Origin: Nemertoderma westbladi
Lineage: Eukaryota > Animalia > Xenacoelomorpha
DNA length: 64,000 bases
NCBI GenBank assembly: GCA_032718475.1
Contig: JAUCBJ010009132.1
Span: 114,118 to 178,117 of the forward strand
Reading direction: 5' to 3'
The position numbers and the translations under genes are program-made. Each line of letters begins with the position of its first letter. The first letter of the stretch is position 1. Below the pieces are notes generated by a model that was not told the DNA's origin, did not search any database, and saw only the letters and a list, made by a program, of their open reading frames with translations. This document shows positions 21,997 through 33,673 of the stretch, piece by piece.

Positions 21997-23568
21997 TTCG
22001 GTAGTTGTAAGTCAAGTAAAGTGAGTGTCAAAGTATCGAGTTTTACCGTATTTATATCTAAACGGTACTAATTACAGTCTTATAAAATTAGCCTACCGGC
22101 TGATTTTATAGCAGATGGATAAAATTAGCCTAAACGGCCAATTTTACAGCAAATAAATGTCACGGAATAAGTATATAATAAAATTAGCCTAGCGGCCAAT
22201 TTTACAAATAAATCGGATAACGATATGCGTTATCAAAAGGTAAATTAAATACAATAATACGGACTAATTCAGCAATGAACAAAGAAATCGTACGGAATGC
22301 ATAAATACTTGAGACAGTGGAACCCACAATAATTTTTAACTAATACGGTAATGCCTAACTTATTTATGCAACTTTTCGAACTCACCCACTCCAATAATTC
22401 TCCAGAAAAACAGATTCCCAGATACAAACCGAACGTGAACCTTTCCGTTTTTAACGTTGCGGACGAAACGCGATTTTCCCAACCAAAGTTGTTGAGTTAT
22501 CTATCTCCCAAACTTGCTAAACACGGTCTTGCTCCCGTTACAGTCTAGAAATGAGTTCTGAATCCTGAAAAACAAAAGAGTTAGGTTTCACTTTACGAAA
22601 TTTTTTGTACCGGTACAATATGGTATTTAAACCCTTTTAAACACCGGTATTCAATTCCAAAAAATTTTACACGCGGTTCAAATCAAATTTTATTTCAAAA
22701 ATTAGCACTTAGCTAATCAAATATAAATTTTTACCTCAAAATACAAAATTTTCAAATAACTTTAGTCCTACCGAACCGTAGTTCAGTAAAACATATTCCT
22801 ACTAAATTGGAGAGATACGCCTATTCCTACTATCGGAAGAGACGGTAACAATACCTGCAATATCCTACTGTAAAGTTTGTAAATCAAATCATAAATCCGA
22901 CCTTCTCACCAAAACAGTAAACCCCAAGTAAGCGAATATATTGCAGTATCGATCTCTTTTAACCGGTGAGGCAGAAAACAGTCTACGAGCAGACAAACTT
23001 CGATAAAACAAAATCCCGCGCAGCGAATCCTAAAATCAGGCTGACTCACTGACGGACTAAGGGGCTCGTATACTTTGCCGCGGTGTGATTTATATGGTTG
23101 GGCAAAGGGACGCTAGCTAGGTACAGAGCAGATTTAGAGATGTCTAACTAGCGGGCAAAGTGCAGTAAGGACGAAAGTTAATTTTATATATTTCGAGGTG
23201 TAAATAATTTCTAACGCGCGTGTGTTAATTCTGAACGGTCAAAGCAGTTTTGCTCCTTCACATATATAATTACTGGGTACGGTGTGCATTTTACGAATAT
23301 TCTAATTTGTAACTTGTAGGTCCAATACTCACGAATGATAAGGTTCCTTCCCCTCTTGCGTATTTCCAGGACTCAAATTCAGGCATAAGGTTAATACTAC
23401 GCCCAGAATTCGGCAATTTTAGGTACCAGGTCCCTGATACTAAGAAGAGATGTGTTAGTTTACTACTGTAGGCGTACGGGTACTAATAGCTATCCTGGCT
23501 CCTATCTAGAATTTTAGTCACCCAGGTAGTCCGGGTAACTTCCTATTAGGGCGTTGGCGGGGACACGG

Positions 23569-24711
23569 TAGATGTTAGTATATCCCTGATAGCCTCAATT
23601 TATTTGCGCCTAGCGTAAACTGCCCTACCGCCTGAACGGTACAATCCCAATTCAGGTGAAAACACAGCAACCCCCCTAGCCTACAAGTTCTGATGTAACG
23701 GACACCGTTGTACGGCAAATAGTCGCACACACACCTGTACTTAGCAAGAGTTAAGCGTACAGTTTGCTGCACCCTAACCAATGTGTATGCCTTGTACCGG
23801 TGTGCCTACGTCCTATCTGCGTACTAGTATCTGCTCTCTCTCCCTCTCCCCCCGTAGGAATATGAAGGTCTACTGCGGTTTTCCCTGAATCAAGACAGTA
23901 CAGTCCCTATGATGTAATTTTGGGCTCACAGCGTGTCACTACGTCTACCTGTTGATCTTTTGGTCTTACACTTAGGTAGCAAGGATCGAACGCTGTCTAA
24001 CCTTTCAGGCGATGGGCGAATAACTCTAAAGGTATTGCGGGTTGTCTCTCGTCTACATTCCCGTGATGTTCCCGTTCATTGCTGCGGCCCGATCTCTAGC
24101 TGGCCATCCTGTCCCTGAGTTTGTTCACCGTAGTGAATCCATAGTAAAACAGAAAAGCTGAGAGAATATTCTGACTTTATTACAGAAGATACAATTATAA
24201 TACAATGTAATCTGAGAATAAACTAAGCACGACAGAATAAATCTGAGAAGTATAGATATAAGATTGAGATAACTAATGAACGAATCGCACCTTTATATAC
24301 TAAATTTGTGCTGCAATCAATCGAGAAAATTCTCGATTGTTCTATGGGTTCTAACAAGGTTTTAAAGATAGCTTATTGGTCCAGCTAATATATAACTTGC
24401 ACGACATTGGTTACAATCAAATAACTACAGCCTTATTGGTACAGACAAATGCAATTAATTTGTAGCGGTTAATTTAAATGAGTTGAAATTCTACACAAAA
24501 AATAATTCGCACTTACTAGGATTTGAACTCGATACCTACTATACTTATAATTTCCAACGCTCTACCAACTGAGCTACTGAACCACTTGACCGATAGATGC
24601 ATAATAGATAGAACCAATACGAATGAGAACTCAAAGCAATCTTTACAAAGTTAGTTCGAATAAAATAAATTTTTGAAAATCCACGGCATTTAGGGAATAT
24701 AATTCTATACA
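23569..24711 (-). repeat. 5' LTR of element 2
   Basis: Begins TGTATAG (minus strand, 24711) and ends ACTAACA (23573); near-identical to 8926-10067. Confidence 0.95.
24497..24583 (-). ncRNA. tRNA-like Pol III cassette in 5' LTR
   Basis: Identical to 9854-9940. Confidence 0.75.
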
Positions 24712-25765
24712 CGGAGATGGGGTTTGCGTCAATCCCCACCCCCTTCTCGACTTAAGTCTCTAGTCTTATTCAAACCGATCACATCAACGGGTTGCGAACT
24801 GTATAATGTGTAGCAACAATGTTATTAATTTAATCACGAAGATAATTGTAACAAATTTAGGTAAAGCACGTAACATGTAATATTGTTGTAATATTTCTCA
24901 AAAGGGTTATGTACGTAAATTAATATTTAACTAAAGCACAATATTTCAATGCACTAAGAAATAAACCGAAGATATAAACTATTAATTAAACGTTAATTAA
25001 ACTCGAGACACATATTAGTAGCGCAATTATTAATATTTATTAATACTTTACACCATAATGTTCAATGACATGTTCTTCAAAACATAATTTGAAATAGAAG
25101 TAGTTTGACATCTTATTAACACCACATTTCTTACCAAAATCTTTATTGCGAATTTGTTACTTAAATATAAATGTCGATTTAATGATAACTTTTTACCGTA
25201 CGAATATGTCGGACGCCGTATTTTTTCGACCGCCATTTTTTGGTCCGTTAAACATAATCTTTGATTTCTTAAGATTTAAAATGAATGAATCGCGATTTGA
25301 GATAAAATGGTCACAGGTGTAGAAAAAGGATGTAATCCAATTTTTAATGTATATATTATACGTGCATTACGCGTACTACCCAAACTTAAGGTTTCGAATA
25401 GACAACGTGATTGGAAAAAATAATTTTTTTAACTTAATGATATTATTATTCATAATCAGTCTAGGCCTTTCTGAAATCAAAATGTTACTGATAGCTGAAC
25501 ACTGAAACTGGAAGTAATGCAAATCCATTGTTTTGTACGATGTTAATTCTTATGCACGTTGAATAAAATCCAGGATTTATATTCCGGCGTATTTTTACAG
25601 CATCGGAAGCAGTAAAAGCATCCGATGCAACTGTGACCGTTGCAACTGTGAAGCTTGTTTACAATACGAAAACGCTGTAAATAATGAAATCTTTTTGGTT
25701 TTTAAAAATGTTGAAAAAAATGCAGCTTTCATTTTGATCGAATGCCATGCGAGCACCGAAAAATA

Positions 25766-25935
25766 CATGAACGCTGCATCAAGTAGGTCCAACATGAATG
25801 CTGCACCATGTAGTTGCACCATAGATGATGCACCAAGTAGGTGCACCATGAATGCTGCACAAAGTAGGTGCACCATAAATGCTGCACCAAGTAGGTGCAT
25901 CGTGAATGCTGCACAAAGTTTGTGCACCATGAATA
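25766..25935. repeat. Degenerate 27-bp tandem repeat (~6 copies)
   Basis: Unit approximately CATGAATGCTGCACCAAGTAGGTGCAC. Confidence 0.75.
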
Positions 25936-26500
25936 CTGCTGTTCAGCGTGCAGGCGTGGTGATTCCCTTATTATGAAATGTTCTATTAAATACCATCGAA
26001 ACAAAGCAAAAAAAGTAAAAATCTCCATTCATAAAAAAACATGTAGTTATTTTTTTTATTTAATTGCCAACATAGTGCCAATAGAGTATTTCAATATTGA
26101 TTATTTTTAGTGTTATAAAATTTTTAAAATATTTTGTAAATCAACGGCATCATTCAGACCATACCCAAGACTTAAAAAGGCATATTTTCACTTTCACGTA
26201 CTATTTTCGTACGACTGTACCCGATAAAAAGTTGGGAGGTCAAAATATCGCTATTTCAAATTTATACGATTCCATTAAGGTTTGAAGACAAAATGAAGTG
26301 TGGGAGAGGGGGGGGGGGATGTTACTGCTGCACACCATTTTCTTTTAAAATATGCTGTATTATTTGCCATAAGTACCGGTATAGAAACTTGCTAAGCGAT
26401 AAATAAACTTCAGAACACTAACTGCCCAAACATTTGGCCGAGAAACGCCGGCAATATTTTGCTAAACAGCGAAGATATATATATAAGACCTTTTAAATGT

Positions 26501-27907
26501 TTAGAAGCATTTACTGTGAACTATAGATGGGCCGAATTCATCATATTCTGCTTTGGTAATCATCCTCTCTTGGAAAGTGGATGGAGCAGCGAAAATGGAA
26601 CCTCCGATCCAGGTGGAATTCTGCCTCTCTGGAGGGGCAATGATGTTAATATTCATTGTAGACGGGGCCAGAGCTGAAATCTCCTTATGTATTCGGTCAG
26701 CTAAGCCTGGGAACAAGGATGAGCCCCCAGACAATAAGACATTGGCGTAAAGATCCTTCCTGATGTCCACATCACACTTCATGATCGAATTGTAGGTCAT
26801 ATTTTGAATTCCGAGAGATTCTTTTTTTCCGATAAATGAGGGTTGGAAAAGCGCCTCAGGGCATTTGAAACGCTCGTTACCAATTGTAATGACTTGACCA
26901 TCGGGTAGTTCGTAACTCTTCTCTAAGCTGGAGTTGGAAGCAGCTGTCTGCATCTCCTGTTCAAAGTCAAGAGCTACATAAGCAATCTTCTCCTTAATGT
27001 CTTTCACAATTTCTTTTTCTGATATTTCGGCCATTTCTGCAAGGATCTGACTTAAATAAGCAGTGAGATCCCGTCCAGCAATATCTAATCGCAGGATTGC
27101 GTGCGGCAATATATTACCATCAACTATTGGAACGGTGTGAGTTACACCATATCCTGTGTCTAGTACAATACCTGTTATCTTTCCCGAAGCACAAAGTGAC
27201 AACGCAGCCTGCATGGCGATGTAGATAGCTGGAGATTTGAATGTTTCAAACATGATCTGTGTCATCTTCTCTCTGTATTGTTTAGGGTTGTGAGGAGCCT
27301 CAGTAAGAAGTACTGGGTGTTCTTCTGGGGCAACCTTGAGCACGTTGCCGAAGGTATGATGCCAGATCTTTTCCATGCCGTCCCAGTTGGTTATAAGTCC
27401 GTGCTCGATTGGGTATGTTAGAGATAGAATTCCCCGTTTACTTTGGGCCTCATCACCAACAAAACAATCTTCACTCATTCCCTAAAATTAAAGACATAGG
27501 GCCTACATTATATTCTATATTTTTGTTTGCTGTTGTATTGGAAAATTATATTACTACATCATAAAGTTGTGTGACGTGTATTAAAAACATAATTGCTAAG
27601 ATTGACTCAGGACTACATTCAAGATTTACAATTTTCCCCGAGTCACATCATATTGCTTTGTAAGAGCATGTTGGGCAGGTCTACGTACGAAAGGAAAGGT
27701 GTGTTCTTTCAAGTCTTTAGGTGTCTGCTATTTTTGGAATGTCATATTTTGCTGTAAATTTTTTGTTGGTAATGTATAATCCATTATACTTACCTGGAAT
27801 CTCTGTCTTCCCACAATGGATGGGAACACAGATCTGGGTGCATTATCACCAGCTAACCCTGCTTTAGTCGTTGCCGAACCATTGTCTATCACCACAACAG
27901 CAACCAT
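26501..27907 (-). CDS. Divergent actin-like protein, 2 exons (27907-27794, 27481-26501), ~364 aa
   Basis: Exon 1 [38 protein letters not shown]|GTAAGT; acceptor TTTTAG at 27482; intron position equivalent to that of the neighbouring actin; open to ...IVHSKCF*. Confidence 0.88.
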
Positions 27908-28266
27908 AATGTAATGAATGAAATAAAAATTGATATAAACTAAGATGCGTCTACGGTACCGGTATGTGGGGCGAGCCACGAAGTATAAGTAAAGGTGATT
28001 CTTTGGGTGGTATAATTAATGGACTGTCTTTCGTTGTCGTGGTAATGTTTGAACGCTATTAAGTCGGTCAATCATATATAAATGTCTATCAATTCTTAAA
28101 TAAATAAATATAAATATAAATATTAAATTAAAATTATTATTTATTTTTATTAAAATAATTAAAAATTCTTAAATAAAATGTAACCAAACTTAGTAGAGCC
28201 TACACATCTAGTCTATATAAAGTTAAGAAATTCTATGCACATCCAGAATTCTATATTTCCGCTGTT

Positions 28267-28282
28267 GGCCGCTAGGGGGCGA
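28267..28282 (+). promoter_or_regulatory. CTCF-like binding motif
   Basis: GGCCGCTAGGGGGCGA is close to the CTCF core consensus CCASYAGRKGGCRS, in an AT-rich context. Confidence 0.4.
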
Positions 28283-28789
28283 ATGACCAGGTGCTCTTAT
28301 TTTACTGCTATGCAAACGCTGAACTTTACTTTGTGATGCGCGAAGTCCCCACGTAAGTGTATAATAGTAGAAAATTTTTAGACTAAAATTAGTTTAACCG
28401 AAATAAGGTTAACTATCCTATTTCATACAGGAACTTGTTCCATTTCCCTTTTCCCATCTTAAACATATTATATTTGTTATTTACTAGAGTACCACACTTA
28501 ACTCCAGTCCCCATAATATTGGAGAATCTTTAGAGTTAATGCCAAAACGGTCGATGCCAAAATATAGAGCTAGTATTTCATTGCCTTACTGTATTATGGG
28601 CCAGTTAGTGGTTAGTGGTAATGGTTTGTCTATACAACTGGCAAACAGCTCGCCAGTAGTCGCTTGCCTTACATCCCCAAACACCGGGTCCCTGACACAC
28701 TCGAATTAACGTTGTTTATTAATTCTCTTGTCCCTCACACCTCACCTGTTGTAAAGGAGAATGTGTTGGACAAACATTCCAAGACTTGT

Positions 28790-29207
28790 TACTACTACTA
28801 CTAGGTCGAGCGAACTCGGACAGTGGAAATGAGATCCTTCCATGCTTCCCGATTCTCCATAGTTGTCGCAATTTCGTTTCTCCCAAGTTCAGTATCCCTT
28901 TCAAGTTGATCTATATATGTTATGGCCGGTCGTCCACGACTACGCTTTCCATGAGTTGGTTGCCAGAGAAGTAGATCTGGTATGACCTCGTCTTTACTTC
29001 GCCAGCAGTGCCCACTGAATCTTAATCTGCGTTCACGGAGGGTGGTTGATACAGGTGGTATTGTACCATAAAGCCCGGCGTTTGTTATGTGTTGTCTCCA
29101 GCTGATGTTTAGGGCTGCCCTTAGTAGTCTTGTGTAGCAACCATCTATTCTTTGTTCAAGTGATTTAGTCAGTGTCCAGGTCTCACCCCCGTATAAACAC
29201 ACCCCTT
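28790..29207 (-). mobile_element. 5'-truncated RTE-type LINE 3' end with (GTA)n tail
   Basis: LYGGETWTLTKSLEQRIDGCYTRLLR...RRLRFSGHCWR...RGRP; highly similar to 30589-31007. Confidence 0.9.
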
Positions 29208-29229
29208 ATATATCACAGCAAGAAAATTT

Positions 29230-29660
29230 ATTTTACAAAATTCTCGACAAACACGTCTCGAAAAAATCATTCCCACAAAGTAAAGTTCTGCATTAACCTT
29301 GGATGACAGACGCATTACTATACTACCTAGCTGTGAAACAAAAAATAAATTATATCGATATTACATTAACACCCCACTCACCATATTCAAAACCTACAGA
29401 GATAAACTAACCAGTAGGCCTACGCTCTGAGCCAACGAAAAACAACATTACTTAACACAGTTTGAAGTCAACTCAAAAAACATTAGCAAAACGTGGTTAA
29501 TAATCAATTCAGCACTAAGCAAAAAAAATAAACCCTATTCCAAAGCAGCAAAGAACCCTAGGTACCGGAACCACAACAGAAACTACCCGCGACCCACTAT
29601 AATTGCGTTATACTAAATGAACATACAAAATGGTTGGGACTAAACTGAACATGAGAATTC
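29230..29660 (+). mobile_element. Degenerate CR1/L2-like LINE ORF2 fragment
   Basis: Remnant peptides PWMTDALL and NSKNISKTWLIINSAL resemble the endonuclease-RT linker; heavily disrupted. Confidence 0.35.
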
Positions 29661-30069
29661 CTGTATCTAATCGAAGGCCTAACTCTTTCTTGCTAAGCGA
29701 AACAACTCCAGTAGAAGTAGAATATTTATTACTGCAGTTAAACAATTATTAAACACTATTTATAAATACCGTACACGTAATCCTCTCATATCCTGCATTA
29801 TGTTAACCCCCACCCCCCCCCACCCCCCACCCCCCAAATAAATTAGAATTAGAAATAGAGATAGCTAATAGATATAATTTGTTTTTACAGTACTAGTTTA
29901 CAGGCCCGTAGCCAGGATTTTAAAAGGGCTGTTCGTTTTTACCAAAAAAAGGGCACTTTTTAATTCGTTTAACTAATGAAATATAGGCCTATCCATTGGT
30001 TTAGCCAGAGCAGCAGAGCATATTAAGGTAGGAGTAGGGTAGGGGACTACTACTATGTACTACTACTGT

Positions 30070-30588
30070 AATCGGCCTGCTGCATTGAAACTGAACATTG
30101 AGATGCTATGCCATCTTAACAAAAACATTTTGTCACCACCATGCCATCCACAATATTGGCAAGCCCAATGCAGCGTGCATTAGGAAGGCTATGCCAGCTT
30201 ATCAACAAAATTGCACCGCCACAACTCCCTATCCCCTATGACTTTCGCGAGATTATCCGCATCTTCAAGGCCAGTGTCCTTTAAGATGCGTCTCAAGAAA
30301 GTCATGGGCTGTCCACCATGCTTATTTTCTCCATGCTGCTGCCAAAGCACAAGATTGTGCACAGTCTGGTACTCACGGCGAAAGCAATGTCCTGCAAAGC
30401 GGGGGCGGCTTTGTTCTAGTGTCAAGCTTGGAGGAACCAATGAGACATCTCAAATATTATATAGTGTCTGGTTGGAGATGCAGATATGTGTGCATTGTAC
30501 TTGACACAGTGAACCCGACATAGCATTCTTGCCAATGTGCCATCCACAGATTTGTTGTCCTCAGCGGTTAGAGCCCAGCATGGACTCC
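30070..30588 (-). mobile_element. Old RTE-type LINE, 3' part
   Basis: RFAGHCFRR...LVLWQ...HGGQP; reading frame continues at 33674 (LLYGVHA|WALT). Confidence 0.75.
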
Positions 30589-33500
30589 TACTACTACTAC
30601 TAAGTCGAGCGAACTCGGACAGTGGAAATGAGTTCCTTCCAGGCTTCCTGATTCTCCATAGTTGTCGCAATTTCGTTTCTCCCAAGTTCAGTAGCCCTTT
30701 CAAGTTGATCTATATATGTTATGGCCAGTCGTCCACGACTACGCTTTCCATGAGTTGGTTGCCAGAAAAGTAGATCTGGTATGACCTCGTCTTTACTTCG
30801 CCAGCAGTGCCCACTGAATCTTAATCTGCGTTCACGGAGGGTGGTTGATACAGATGGTATTGTACCATAAAGCTCAGCATTTGTCATGTGTTGTCTCCAG
30901 CTGATGTTTAGGGCTGCCCTTAGTAGTCTTGTGTAGCAACCATCAATTCGTTGTTCAAGTGATTTAGTCAATGTCCAGGTCTCACCCCCGTATAAACACA
31001 CCCCTTTGCTTTCCTAACTTCTATGTCCTTTTTGCTACTCTCTATCCATGATCCTAAGTACTGGAAGTCGTCAACCTTCCTTAGTTTATTATTATCAATG
31101 GTTGTCAAGTTCCCATCAACATTAAAGGTCATGAATTCGGTCTTTGTAGAATTTATATGCAATCCAACCTCCTTAGCAGCCCTCTCCACTTGATTTAGTA
31201 GAAGCTGTGCATCTGCTAGCGTATTAGAGAGCAGGGCGATGTCATCCGCAAAGTCGGTGTCTGTGACTGTAGTTGCCGGATATCTACTACATCTGCGTTC
31301 TTGAAGTGTGAATCCCAGATCTTCACCCTTTGTGGCCGTCCTCATTGCGTATTCCAGCACAATTACAAATAGTAATGGTGCTAATGTGTCACCTTGCAGT
31401 ACGCCAGCCAGGATTGAGAAAAACTCAGTTTTACCATCTGGTGAGAGTATCTGCGCTTCTGTGTCACAATATAACAATCCAATGCCAGCAATAATTACTT
31501 CTGGTATTCCATAAGCTCTTAGGATTTCAAGCATTTTACCTCTATGGATGGAGTCGAATGCCTTCTTGAAGTCCACAAAAGTCATGACTGCGGGGAGATT
31601 CTTTGACTTAATTCCTTCAATCAGTCTCCGTAGTGCAAGTATCTGAGCTATTGTTGATCTACTTGGTCGAAATCCGTTTTGGCTCTTACGCAGTAGTTTC
31701 TCTATGTGAGGCCTAATCCTATATAGAATCATTTTATTGTATATTTTGGCAGCTACCATAAGCAGACAGATCCCACGATAGTTTGTTGGTATGCCGAGGT
31801 CTCCTTTCTTGGGGAGAGGCTTTAGTTGACCTTTAGTCCAAATTGGTGGAGGCTTTTCCCCTTTTAACATCCGGTTGCAAGCATTCAATAATGGTCTGTT
31901 TAGCACTCATGTTTTCCATACCTCCGCTGGAATTTCATCTAATCCACTCGATTTATTATTGGACATGCTTTTAATGCTTCTTTGGAGTTCGGCAGGTGTG
32001 AAGTTCCCTGTTTCTATAGGTAGTGTCTTGTCATATATTTTCCTTGTAGGACTGACCTCGATGTTTGGTGGCTGCCCAAGCAAGTTTCTGAAGTGATTTT
32101 TCCACTTCCCCACACGTTCTACTGGACTATCGGCTTTGAGGCGCCCCTTTGCACAACCTTTCCGACCAGATACCTCATTCACAGTTTGCCAGTTAAGTCT
32201 TGATTGTTGCTGTATGTGAGCAGTTGTAATTGCCTCAATTTTATCCTGTATGTACTTTTCCTAGCTGATGTTGTAGGCCAATTTAAGATCACCCTTAGCT
32301 TTCTCAACGTTGTTAATGTTTTCGGTTGTTGGTTGTTCGGTTTTTACTTTGTAGGCTATCTATGCTTATTCCCCAGAAGTTAGTTATTTTCCCAGTTATT
32401 TAACCCGCGGGCAGGAAACAACCCGAGGGCGAAGCCCGAGGGTGTTCCTGCCCAAGGGTTAAATAACTGGGAAAATAACTAACTTCTGGGGAATATGTAA
32501 GTTGTTGCACATTTATTATGGTATGCATTTCGATTATTTTTGTCCCTTAACAGCTATTTACAGATTCTAAAAGGGCATTGTTTGGGGGAAGAGTTTACAA
32601 AATGGGGCTTGGAAAGTTTTGGGGGTGTTTGTATATTTATTTTTCCCAAGGGAATTGGAAAATTTTCGGTGTGTTTCACTTTAATTCATTAATTGCATAG
32701 GTGTTATTTTGCCCAAGGGAATAATAACACCCAAGTTCCAAGGTAAAACATTAACAAAAAGTATTTTTGGTGGACAAGTGGACAAGTCATGTATCCATTA
32801 CCCACAGACGGTATTGTTCACATTAAATACGTTTTATTAGTATAATTAAGTATTTAGTACTTAGGAAAATAAAAGTTACAACTTTTCCACTATACTCGAG
32901 TTATTTTATTTCCCGAGCGCCAGCGAAGTTAATAAAGGGTCGAGAGAATATTGAAAAAAATGTGCTAGGCCCTACGTTTTTTGCCATATAATACGTAATT
33001 TTAGTCTTAAATTGGTACTTATTTACTTATATTTCTGTGCTAGTGCAATTCAATTTATACCAACAATATCCTTAACCGGATTGTTGTAATAGTTATTAAA
33101 GTAAATTATTAGCAAACTATATTGCTATCGTAGTTCTGGGGTTCAAATTACTGTACTCGTCCTCCTGATGCTGCCTTCTCAATGTTAAATAATTTAATGG
33201 TTCTGGAATATATTAAGTTTATTAAGAATATATTAAGTTATTTACTATTGAGTAAATATATTGAGTTTACTATTGAGCATGGATTTTGCTCAAATTACAT
33301 ACAAAGCTGCAAACATTTTCTACTTCGATGCTCTTTCAACACATGTAATAAAATTTAAGAAATTCCACGACAAATATTTTCACAAATAAAATTTAAGTAA
33401 TTCCATGAAAAATATTTTCACATGAAATACAAAACTAGTTGGTGGTCTGAATGCCTGATTTGCACCTGATGTGACACACAACAGACCTAAGACGAGTACA

Positions 33501-33673
33501 GCAGCATTACCGGTTCCTATGTTTGTATGTCAGTATGTAACACTTCACTACTTCTAAGAGGGAATAACATGGTTATTTTGCCCTAATAGGGAAAAATAAC
33601 TTTTTTGGCCGTAGCCCAGCATTAGAGATAGTTATAATCCCGCTAATAAATGTGTAACAACTTATCTTAATTG
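30589..33673 (-). mobile_element. Younger 5'-truncated RTE-type LINE inserted in the older LINE, 11-bp TSD GCATGGACTCC
   Basis: RT motifs NYRGI, QNGFR, FVDFKKAFDS, GVLQGD, FADD, YLGS (30968-32182); (GTA)n tail at 30589-30601; TSD at 30578-30588 and 33674-33684. Confidence 0.9.
32362..33662. mobile_element. Non-autonomous ~1.3-kb DNA element with a long subterminal palindrome, inserted in the young LINE
   Basis: Flanked by TATCT (32357-32361, 33663-33667); removing it restores LINE coding IKIAYKVK. Palindrome 32367-32495 is centred on GAGGGCGAAGCCCGAG. Confidence 0.65.

Larger units (their letters stand above)
8930..24711 (-). mobile_element. Full-length ~15.8-kb BEL/Pao LTR retrotransposon with accessory ORFs (element 2)
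   Basis: Direct repeats 8926-10067 and 23569-24710 flank gag-PR-RT-RH-IN in BEL order plus downstream ORFs. Confidence 0.95.
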
